Positions 25,654-33,406 of a DNA stretch of 64,000 nt are shown piece after piece. The first letter of the stretch is position 1. Every line of letters begins with the position of its first letter. Source of the stretch: Phycisphaerales bacterium (GTDB lineage: Bacteria; Planctomycetota; Phycisphaerae; Phycisphaerales; SM1A02); NCBI GenBank assembly GCA_012965315.1, contig DTSO01000030.1, positions 26,691 to 90,690 on the forward strand, in the 5' to 3' direction. A program made the translations under genes and the position numbers. Below the pieces are notes generated by a model that worked only from the letters and a program-made list of their open reading frames with translations, was not told the DNA's origin and did no database searches.

Positions 25654-25690
25654 AAGGGTCGACTTAACAGTCGACCCTTTCCTTTTTATA
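25654..25690 (+). terminator. rho-independent terminator
   Basis: AAGGGTCGAC (25654-25663) pairs with GTCGACCCTT (25670-25679), loop TTAACA, followed by TCCTTTTTAT. Confidence 0.8.
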
Positions 25691-25700
25691 TACTGCAATT

Positions 25701-26441
25701 ATGGCAATAGTAAATCACCAGCACACAGATTCTGGAATTCTTCAAATCACGTTGAATAACCATGCAATGCGAAACGCACTTAGCATTAAAATGTTCGACG
25801 CGTTAGGCGAAGCAATAGAACAAGCAAACACTCAAACGAAGTGCGTATTGCTCAAGGGTGAGGGTGTTGTTTTTTGCTCTGGGTTTGATATGAAAGCATG
25901 CGCAGGAAACTTGCCTTTATTAGAACAATATATTTTACGGTTGACGACTCTCATCCGAACACTCCGAAGACTTTCAGCTCCTGTTGTTGTTGCAGCACAT
26001 GGTGCTGCAATTGCGGGTGGTTGTGCAATTTTAACTGGATGTGATTTTGTAATCGGTTCACAAGTTGCGAAGTATGGATATCCAGTACACAGAATTGGTA
26101 TTTCGCCTGCGGTTACAATTCCAACGCTCTTTCAAAAATTGGGCGAAGGAAGAGCGCGCACACTCATTCTTAGTGGAGAAATTATTGACGGAAGTGATGC
26201 ATACGCAATTGGTTTACTTTCTCATTTAGTAGAAACAGACAAACAAGCAATCGTCACTGCAAATGAACTTGCTGAAGCACTTGCACAAAAACCGCCAATT
26301 GCTCTTCAAGCAACAAAGCGGTGGTTAAATGAACTTGATGGTTCTCTTGATGATGAGCGGTTTGATAAACCTGCTAAACAATCGGCTTCCGCTCTTGGAG
26401 AGGAAACTGAAAAGATGTTAAACCAACTTTGGAATAAATAA
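25701..26441 (+). CDS. enoyl-CoA hydratase/isomerase (crotonase) family protein
   Basis: The oxyanion-hole region GEGVVFCSGFDM and AAHGAAIAGGCAIL are typical of the crotonase fold. It looks paralogous to 48507..49244. Confidence 0.85.
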   Translation: MAIVNHQHTDSGILQITLNNHAMRNALSIKMFDALGEAIEQANTQTKCVLLKGEGVVFCSGFDMKACAGNLPLLEQYILRLTTLIRTLRRLSAPVVVAAHGAAIAGGCAILTGCDFVIGSQVAKYGYPVHRIGISPAVTIPTLFQKLGEGRARTLILSGEIIDGSDAYAIGLLSHLVETDKQAIVTANELAEALAQKPPIALQATKRWLNELDGSLDDERFDKPAKQSASALGEETEKMLNQLWNK

Positions 26442-27638
26442 TTACTGGCAATTTCCCCAGTTTGCAATCAACATAAGAACATCATTAACGCCAACGTTTA
26501 AGTCGCCATCGATATCGCCCTCACATCCAGGGCAACAATCCGCCCCGTTTGGATTCCACTGGCCAATCAAAATCAATAAATCTGACACGTTGACTATACC
26601 GTCTCCATTTATGTCGCTATCGCACGCAACACCCTGTTGGATCGGCTTGAAATCTAGAACAATTGGCAAATGATCACTTGTCGATGAAACTAGTGTGTCG
26701 GAAGCATTCAATCCAAGAATACTCAACTCACTGTTTGACATTGTGTCTGTGTTAAATACAAAATTGTTACCGATTGCCAACACGCTATCGGTCACCATCA
26801 ATCTGTCTAGGTTACTCGGTGGCCAACTTCCGCTTCCTTGCCAAGTAAAGGTGTCGCCGGTGTTTGGATCTGCGGGAGTTACATCAAACAAATTTGAATT
26901 GTCCCAATCGCCCTTTATATCTGGACAATACGTAGACTCATCTATGATGTCACCAGTAATAAGAGTAAGTTCTGGTTGAGGCCCGCCTACAAGATTCATG
27001 TCACCAGTCAAAATCATCGGCGTACCCCAAGGCAAGTCAATGTTTCGACCAACAAAGCGCGCGTCGCCCATCCACGTTGCAATAGCGTCTGCGCTTTTTT
27101 GTCTTTTAATATCCTCGTCCCCGTAACTACAACACTTAAAATGAACGCCAAGAATGTACACATCCCTATCGAACAAATTATCTGGCAAATCAACTAAGGC
27201 CATAGTTACGCCACGAGTTGAACTTGCAGGCGTCGTATCTACTTCTAGCATTGACATTGGTAAATGCGACGCAACGATTGTTCTAATTCCAGCGTTTATC
27301 CCAAGGTGGACACTCCAGCCGTTGGTTGGCATGTGGTGGCTTAACCAATCTGCAAATTGAAGCGCATCATCATTGTTCGTTGTTACTTCTTCAAAGACGA
27401 CGATATCTGGATTTAACGCAGATATAACTCTTGAGAAAGCATCTGATGAAAGGTTATATGGGTCAAGGTCGCCGTGCAAGTTATAAGAAACTACTCGAAC
27501 ATCTTGGGCATCCCATTTATCAAACTGGGTTGTGCCACGCTTTTGTGCCTGCGCAAATGATGTGCCTGCAACAGCAAATGAAAATGCAACGGTGAAAATA
27601 ATGTTGTTATACATAATTAAAGTGTACCTCTTTTCCAA
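26442..27638 (-). CDS. secreted endonuclease/exonuclease/phosphatase (EEP) family protein with C-terminal dockerin-type repeats
   Basis: Signal peptide (FSFAVAGTSFAQA). EEP-type motifs (VVSYNLHG, IVVFEEV, SDHLPIV). The C-terminus has two DxNGDGxVNxxDLL-type calcium-binding repeats (DINGDGIVNVSDLLILIGQW and DIDGDLNVGVNDVLMLIANW). Confidence 0.8.
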   Translation of the reverse strand: MEKRYTLIMYNNIIFTVAFSFAVAGTSFAQAQKRGTTQFDKWDAQDVRVVSYNLHGDLDPYNLSSDAFSRVISALNPDIVVFEEVTTNNDDALQFADWLSHHMPTNGWSVHLGINAGIRTIVASHLPMSMLEVDTTPASSTRGVTMALVDLPDNLFDRDVYILGVHFKCCSYGDEDIKRQKSADAIATWMGDARFVGRNIDLPWGTPMILTGDMNLVGGPQPELTLITGDIIDESTYCPDIKGDWDNSNLFDVTPADPNTGDTFTWQGSGSWPPSNLDRLMVTDSVLAIGNNFVFNTDTMSNSELSILGLNASDTLVSSTSDHLPIVLDFKPIQQGVACDSDINGDGIVNVSDLLILIGQWNPNGADCCPGCEGDIDGDLNVGVNDVLMLIANWGNCQ

Positions 27639-27732
27639 CTAAATCCAAAGACTAATATTGAAGAGAGCCCACTGAACGAATACAATACATCTTTTACCCT
27701 AATTTCATGCTGTAAAGCGAGGTAATACCAAT

Positions 27733-28045
27733 ATGGACAAGAAACACGCTGAATCGTCCTGTCATGACCGCTATTCCCCCGCTGCAACAACGTTCGAATC
27801 CGCTTTGTGCTGCGCTGTCGATTACGATGAAAAATGGCTCAAAGCAATACCCCCAAGAAGTAATAGATTGTGATTACGGCTGTGGCGACCCAAGTAAATA
27901 TGTCCGAGAAGGCGAAAGGGTCAACGGTATTGAATTCCGTTCAATGACAGTAATTGCATGCAAAGCAGATGCTCAAGGAAACACAGACTCTGGACCTATT
28001 GTTGAGCAAACAAACGATTGCTGTTCGGATTCTAGTTGTTGCTAA
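27733..28045 (+). pseudogene. remnant of an ArsM-like SAM-dependent methyltransferase (frameshift plus internal deletion)
   Basis: Frame A from ATG 27733 gives MDKKHAESSCHDRYSPAATTFESALCCAVDYDEKWLKAIP and then stops at 27871. Frame B continues QEVIDCDYGCGDPSKYVREGERV. The frames would join if one C were removed from the C5 run at 27850-27854. The whole GxGxG methyltransferase core that normally follows is absent, and the ORF ends after about 40 more residues in a Cys-rich tail (CCSDSSCC). Confidence 0.6.
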
Positions 28046-28058
28046 AAAGCAAGGGAAT

Positions 28059-29786
28059 TTATGTTTCTTGCAGTTCCTTTGCGGTTTCTGCATCAACTAC
28101 ATCACTATGACATGATGCCTTGCCCTCGGCTGTTGTTCCCATTTTTCCTTTAACTTTGGTCGCAAGTTTGTGCACTTCTTCAGGAGAAAGCACACCGCGT
28201 TGCTCAAGAATTTCCTTTTGCTCAATAGTCAGTGCTGCAGAAACCTTTGGTTTATCCCAAGCGTAATTTTCATCTTTGCCTGAAGCAAACTCTTGAATTT
28301 CTTTACTGATTCGAACACTACACCAGTCGTGTCCACACATTGCACAAAAATCTGTATCGACATCCATATCTTCATCGTGCATCGCGCGTGCAAAATCTGG
28401 ATCAAAACTTAAATCAAAATGTTTTTGCCAGTTCAGTGCTGCACGTGCTTTTGTTAGTTCGTCATCATTGTCACGACTGCCTGGAATTCCGAGGGCGATG
28501 TCCGCGCTATGTGCTGCAATTTTATATGCAATGCATCCTTGCTTTACATCGTCTTTCTTTGGAAGACCAAGGTGTTCCTTTGGAGTTACATAACAAAGCA
28601 TTGCTGCGCCGTGGTATGCAGCTGCAGTTGCGCCAATGCAACTCGTAATATGGTCATAACCAGGAAACATGTCAGTAACCAACGGGCCAAGAACATAAAA
28701 CGGTGCACCATGGCAAAGTGATCGTTGCAACTTCATGTTGTATTCCACTTGGTCAAAAGAAACATGACCTGGTCCTTCAACCATTACTTGCACACCTTTT
28801 GCCCATGCACGTTCTGTCAATTCACCTAGCACTTCTAATTCGCGAATTTGCGCTTCGTCAGTCGCATCAGCGAGGCCACCCGGACGAAGACCATCGCCCA
28901 GGGAAAACGAAACGTCGTACTGTCGCATTAAGTCACAAATATCATCGAAACAGTCATACATTGGGTTTTGCTTGTTGTGATGTATCATCCATTTAGCCAA
29001 CAACGAACCTCCACGAGAAACAATTCCGATTAATCTGTCTTTAATATACGGAATGTGCTCATGCAATACTCCTGCATGTATGGTGAAATAATCAACGCCC
29101 TGCTCTGCTTGATTTTCCAATTCTGCCATGATCATTGCCGGAGTGAGGTCTTCGATTTTCTTATTCATGATCATCGCGTAAATTGGTACCGTTCCAATCG
29201 GTACTGATGATTGGCTGATAATTCCACTACGGCAAGCATTCAAATCACCGCCTGTTGAAAGATCCATCACGGTGTCAGCGCCCCACTTCACAGACCAATG
29301 TAATTTTTCGAGTTCCTCTTCAATTCCAGATGAAACTGGCGATGCTCCCATGTTTGCATTTATTTTTGTTAGCGAAGCTCTACCAATTGCCATTGGGTCA
29401 AGATCCATCGCAAGGTGCACTATGTTTGCTGGAATAATCAAACGTCCTGCAGCAATTTCATCGCGTATCTGTTCTGCTGTTAGGTGAGGTTCACGCTCTG
29501 CAACTCGCATCATCTCTGGCGTAACAACACCCAAGCGAGCGTTTTCTAGTTGTGTTACTGGATGAGCGTTGGGAGCTGGATTGAAATCCCAAGCCGTTTT
29601 TGTTGAAGGCGAGGGCATTCCAGGAGTATCGGGTGAACTAAACATGGTCGCACCGCCGATATTCGCTTCTAAGGAAAAACTGCCTGGCGCAGTACCTTGT
29701 TTCTTAGAAGAAGGATTATCCGCTCCGTGCATTGGTAGCGCATGTTCCTGAAGTCCTACATTTATATTGGTTTCTTTCATCCCCAT
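28059..29786 (-). CDS. thiC: phosphomethylpyrimidine synthase ThiC, with N- and C-terminal extensions
   Basis: Conserved core ([46 protein letters not shown] with the radical-SAM CxxCxxxxC cluster). The N-terminal ~85 aa are not conserved-looking, so the start is uncertain. Confidence 0.92.
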   Translation of the reverse strand: MGMKETNINVGLQEHALPMHGADNPSSKKQGTAPGSFSLEANIGGATMFSSPDTPGMPSPSTKTAWDFNPAPNAHPVTQLENARLGVVTPEMMRVAEREPHLTAEQIRDEIAAGRLIIPANIVHLAMDLDPMAIGRASLTKINANMGASPVSSGIEEELEKLHWSVKWGADTVMDLSTGGDLNACRSGIISQSSVPIGTVPIYAMIMNKKIEDLTPAMIMAELENQAEQGVDYFTIHAGVLHEHIPYIKDRLIGIVSRGGSLLAKWMIHHNKQNPMYDCFDDICDLMRQYDVSFSLGDGLRPGGLADATDEAQIRELEVLGELTERAWAKGVQVMVEGPGHVSFDQVEYNMKLQRSLCHGAPFYVLGPLVTDMFPGYDHITSCIGATAAAYHGAAMLCYVTPKEHLGLPKKDDVKQGCIAYKIAAHSADIALGIPGSRDNDDELTKARAALNWQKHFDLSFDPDFARAMHDEDMDVDTDFCAMCGHDWCSVRISKEIQEFASGKDENYAWDKPKVSAALTIEQKEILEQRGVLSPEEVHKLATKVKGKMGTTAEGKASCHSDVVDAETAKELQET

Positions 29787-29818
29787 ATTCTACCTTCGCT
29801 ACAATCCTCAATGACCTT

Positions 29819-30574
29819 ATGAAAAAATTATGTTTCATCGCAATTATTGCCCTTGCGGGGTGTCAATCCCAGCAAGTGGTCAACTATAAAGCAACAAATC
29901 TCTCTACGGTTGGTCCTGTCGAAATCAATGTGCAGTCCTTCAGCGGAGATGTCAAAATTATTGTCGACCCGACCGTTGTGGGCACAGTGGTGACAGCAAT
30001 GCAACTAGAAGACAGTATCGGTGAAGTGCCACTTGCACAAGCGAAAATGCGATGCACGACTGAAATTGAAACTGGCGTTACAGGACAGATTGTGCACATT
30101 ATTGCAACGTGTGATGAAAACCCATTAAATCTAATCAGTGCAGATATCGTTATCCGAGCGAATTCGATTCATGGCGTAACCGTCGCAACCAAGGATGGTG
30201 ACGTCACACTTCTTGGAGTTTCTGGTGCAATATCTATTCAAACTAGCGATGGTGATGTCCGAGTCGTAACACCGCTTGTGATTAATAGCGCTGTCGATAT
30301 TGAAAATCGAAGAGGAAATATTGTCTTCCGCGTTCGAGGTGAATCCTCTGGAATAATTGATGCAACGGCAATTGGTGGTAATGCATCCTTAGATCTTCGA
30401 CAAGGAGAGGCCACCATCTTGCCTGGCTCAACGGGTGATCACCTTGTTGCAAAGTTTAATGGCGGAACAAACCCAATTACAATGCGAACTGTTGATGGCA
30501 ACATTCGAATTCACGTTGTTGCTGACCCTGTTGGTAGTGAACCACTCTTCAGTACTGATTGGATATCTTGGTAA
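29819..30574 (+). CDS. lipoprotein with DUF4097-like beta-strand repeats (putative adhesin fold)
   Basis: Lipobox MKKLCFIAIIALAGC. Repeated GDV/GNI strand motifs (SGDVKIIV, DGDVTLLGV, DGDVRVV, RGNIVFRV, DGNIRIHV). ATG 29819 is preferred over 29732. Confidence 0.7.
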   Translation: MKKLCFIAIIALAGCQSQQVVNYKATNLSTVGPVEINVQSFSGDVKIIVDPTVVGTVVTAMQLEDSIGEVPLAQAKMRCTTEIETGVTGQIVHIIATCDENPLNLISADIVIRANSIHGVTVATKDGDVTLLGVSGAISIQTSDGDVRVVTPLVINSAVDIENRRGNIVFRVRGESSGIIDATAIGGNASLDLRQGEATILPGSTGDHLVAKFNGGTNPITMRTVDGNIRIHVVADPVGSEPLFSTDWISW

Positions 30575-30581
30575 ATAAGAA

Positions 30582-31232
30582 ATGGCTGCGCAACGAGAAC
30601 TACACGATTTCTTTTTCAAAGAGGCAAAACGCAAGGGCTATCGAAGCCGGGCCGCGTATAAATTGTCAGAGATAGATGACAAAAAAAATATCTTAAGCAA
30701 AGGTGATTTTGTTTTAGACCTTGGCGCAGCTCCAGGAAGTTGGCTTCAAGTTGTATCTGAGCGAATTGGAGAACACGGCAAGGTGATTGGGGTTGATCTT
30801 AAAGAGATTGAAGAGGGTCTTCCATATAACGTTACTACAAGACAAGAAGACGTTTTATTACTTACACCCAAAGATTTTGATGGCAAGTTGTTCGATGTAG
30901 TTTTGAGCGATATGGCACCAAGTACAACTGGCACAAAAACCGTTGACCATCATGGTTCTGTACATCTTTGCCACAGTGCGCTTGATTTATCCGCAACACT
31001 TTTAAAACCGGGTGGAAACCTTGTAATGAAAGTTTTAGAGGGCGAGGCATACCCAGAGTTGTTAAAACGATGTGCTAATTCTTTCGACACAGCCAGAGGG
31101 TATAAACCAAAAGCATCGAGAGCAATTTCTACTGAAATATTTATCGTTTGTTTAAACCGCAACGAAGACATGCCAAAGCCATTAACTGCTGCTCCCCCGC
31201 CACCAACTTCTGGTTGGGGCACTGAAACTTAA
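30582..31232 (+). CDS. rlmE: 23S rRNA (uridine-2'-O)-methyltransferase RlmE/FtsJ
   Basis: RSRAAYKLSEID, the SAM-binding DLGAAPGSWLQV and SDMAP motifs. Confidence 0.9.
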   Translation: MAAQRELHDFFFKEAKRKGYRSRAAYKLSEIDDKKNILSKGDFVLDLGAAPGSWLQVVSERIGEHGKVIGVDLKEIEEGLPYNVTTRQEDVLLLTPKDFDGKLFDVVLSDMAPSTTGTKTVDHHGSVHLCHSALDLSATLLKPGGNLVMKVLEGEAYPELLKRCANSFDTARGYKPKASRAISTEIFIVCLNRNEDMPKPLTAAPPPPTSGWGTET

Positions 31233-31237
31233 TCGCC

Positions 31238-32290
31238 TTACCAGCCACGTTTGTTGTCATACTCGTCGCGCTTCTTGTTGATTCGGTCTTGCCGACCAAC
31301 GAGATTTTTTTCATGCTTTAATGACAGCGTACTATCTGAAGCAAACTCCAACAAAGCTCTTGCAAAAGTTGTGAGAGTCCAAATCCAAGGCAACAGTACT
31401 ATGACTAAATAAAGCCAATATAAAGCGGGAGGAATTCCACCACTACTATCTACTGCAACCCTTTTCCAGGGTGACACAAAAACAATTACACCAAGCGTAG
31501 CCATAGAAAATGTAACGAGGTTACATTTTCTTGCAACAAAATCTAAACCAATTCGAAGTGCAAGGTCGTGTAACCAAAAAGCAAGACCAATTAACCCAAC
31601 TCCTGCAATTGCATGCAAGATGAACGTAGGCATGAAGTCTTTTAAAATGCCACCAAAAGTTCCTGCCTCGGTTGGAACATAAAAAACAAACCAGACGACA
31701 TATCCAACTGCCCAACCCCATTGCGTTATTGGAATCCACTTTCGTATAATTCTGTACATTGGTGGCATAGAATTATCTACGTTCGCTGGCATCAAGCCAA
31801 TGACAATGCTCGGCCAGAACAACGACATCCCAAACAGTACTACTCGATAGAGGGCTATTGGAATCAGGCCGAATGCCACAAGGAACTGAACAAAAGCGAG
31901 CGCTAGAACAAACATTGCGGCGACCCGCATCCAGTATTTCGAGCGAACTCGAATATCGGGAACTGGCTCTAGACCTTTCACCACAATATTCGAATTTATC
32001 AAATTCATAAGTTTGCCAGGAGGCATATCCGCTGGATGAATTGTCGTTCCACTTTGTGCGCTTGCAGATTGAGAAATACCGCACTCGGGACAATTTGCCG
32101 AAGGTGGTAATCCTCTCATGTCATATCCGCAATTCAAACATGAATGAGATTCATCCGCTAGATTAACTGACGTTCCACTTTGTGCGCTTGCAGATTTAGA
32201 AATACCGCACTCGGGACAATTTGCCGAAGGTGATAAACCTCTCATGTCGTACCCGCAATTCAAACATGTAATTGGCTGCTTAGTCTGCAT
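31238..32290 (-). CDS. hypothetical polytopic membrane protein with a duplicated N-terminal zinc ribbon
   Basis: CLNCGYDMRGLxPSANCPECGIS occurs twice, 42 aa apart, followed by at least 6 hydrophobic segments. ATG 32290 (MQTKQPITCLNCGY) is preferred; the ORF-track start 32344 would overlap the upstream gene by 65 nt. Confidence 0.65.
   Translation of the reverse strand: MQTKQPITCLNCGYDMRGLSPSANCPECGISKSASAQSGTSVNLADESHSCLNCGYDMRGLPPSANCPECGISQSASAQSGTTIHPADMPPGKLMNLINSNIVVKGLEPVPDIRVRSKYWMRVAAMFVLALAFVQFLVAFGLIPIALYRVVLFGMSLFWPSIVIGLMPANVDNSMPPMYRIIRKWIPITQWGWAVGYVVWFVFYVPTEAGTFGGILKDFMPTFILHAIAGVGLIGLAFWLHDLALRIGLDFVARKCNLVTFSMATLGVIVFVSPWKRVAVDSSGGIPPALYWLYLVIVLLPWIWTLTTFARALLEFASDSTLSLKHEKNLVGRQDRINKKRDEYDNKRGW
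32045..32268. repeat. tandem direct duplication, 98-nt cores at 32045-32142 and 32171-32268 (126-nt period, 93/98 identical)
   Basis: Aligned by eye, with 5 mismatches. It encodes the duplicated zinc-ribbon module of CDS 31238..32290. Confidence 0.9.
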
Positions 32291-32585
32291 CAAACATCGA
32301 TGCAATTTCGTCGAGATTTGTATGAAGCCAAGTACGGTCTTCATCTTTTTCTATCTGTTCGCCGATTTGCCGCGCCTCTGCTAAGTGAACTTCTGCTTGC
32401 TGTTGATCATTTGAAACTAAGACCCTCGCTAACCTTTTATTTGCAAATGCCAAATCCAAACGGTAACGTGAGACGTGCGCGGTATGCGCCATCTCTTCAT
32501 CTTGTTCAGCCGTTCTATTTTTGGTACTAAAAATAGAACGTGTATGATTAAATAAGTCGACTGCAAGTTGTATGTGGTCTGTCAT
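32280..32585 (-). CDS. hypothetical helical protein, 101 aa
   Basis: The ORF is ATGA-coupled to the purQ stop and overlaps the next start by 11 nt. No family recognised. Confidence 0.5.
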   Translation of the reverse strand: MTDHIQLAVDLFNHTRSIFSTKNRTAEQDEEMAHTAHVSRYRLDLAFANKRLARVLVSNDQQQAEVHLAEARQIGEQIEKDEDRTWLHTNLDEIASMFDAD

Positions 32586-33406
32586 ACTGACTGCTCAACA
32601 CATGATGTCGAGGTGTTCTGCTTTGCATGATTTACTGCGTTTTTAAACATCTGTAACCCGAGCGTGTCGCCTTGAAGTTGTTCTTTTGGAAGGCGGGTCC
32701 ACGTTGGATGCTGTGTCCAACGTAAAAAACGTTCTGGGTGTGGCATCAAACCAAACACCAACCCACTTGCATCACAAATTCCCATGACATCGCCAATTGA
32801 TCCATTTGGATTATCGTTTGCGCCATACCTGCACGCTACACGTCCGCTGTCTTCAATTTCTTGCATAACTGTTTCATTGGCGGGCACAAACCGACCTTCG
32901 CCGTGTGCAATTGGAATATACGAAGTTTCTGGTGTAGACGTAATGTTTTTTGTCCAAATACAACGCGTGTTGCTTGGTACTTTAAACTCAACCCATTTAT
33001 CTATGAAGCGGGCTGTGTCATTTTGCACAAGTGCAACCGTAGGTTGCGGTACAACGTCACTCCAGTCGCTTCCTGGAATTGGTCCAGGCAATAAACCAAG
33101 TTGGACTGCGATTTGAAAACCGTTGCACGGTGTAATCATTGGAACCCCGCGCCTTAGTGCATCTGCAAATTTCGGATACAACGTTTTGCGCATGAGATTC
33201 GCCATAATGCGACCAGCAGCAATCGAATCGCCATAACTAAAACCGCCTGGAAGCCCAACTAAATCTGCTTCGTCAATAAGAGTTGGGTTATCTAACAGTT
33301 CATTTATATGCACCGACCAAGGCGTTGCACCCGCAAGAGCGAATCCTTCTGCAAGTTCTAAGTCGCAGTTAATTCCAGGAGCAGTGATGATAAGTGCTTT
33401 TATCAT
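32582..33406 (-). CDS. purQ: phosphoribosylformylglycinamidine synthase, glutaminase subunit PurQ
   Basis: Class I amidotransferase triad context (PCNGFQIAVQLGLLPG, MPHPER). ATG 33406 (MIKALIITAPG) shares one nt with the purL stop (TAATG). Confidence 0.9.
   Translation of the reverse strand: MIKALIITAPGINCDLELAEGFALAGATPWSVHINELLDNPTLIDEADLVGLPGGFSYGDSIAAGRIMANLMRKTLYPKFADALRRGVPMITPCNGFQIAVQLGLLPGPIPGSDWSDVVPQPTVALVQNDTARFIDKWVEFKVPSNTRCIWTKNITSTPETSYIPIAHGEGRFVPANETVMQEIEDSGRVACRYGANDNPNGSIGDVMGICDASGLVFGLMPHPERFLRWTQHPTWTRLPKEQLQGDTLGLQMFKNAVNHAKQNTSTSCVEQSV

Noticed and set aside
27792-27801. GTTCGAATCC, a tRNA T-loop-like decamer
   Set aside because: The flanking bases do not form a T-stem (CAACG vs CCGCT) or an acceptor stem. 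The sequence lies inside the ArsM-like remnant, where it encodes TFES.
32045-32268. Direct repeats as a possible CRISPR array or minisatellite
   Set aside because: There are only two copies, in frame within a CDS, with no spacer-repeat alternation and no cas genes. It is a coding tandem duplication.
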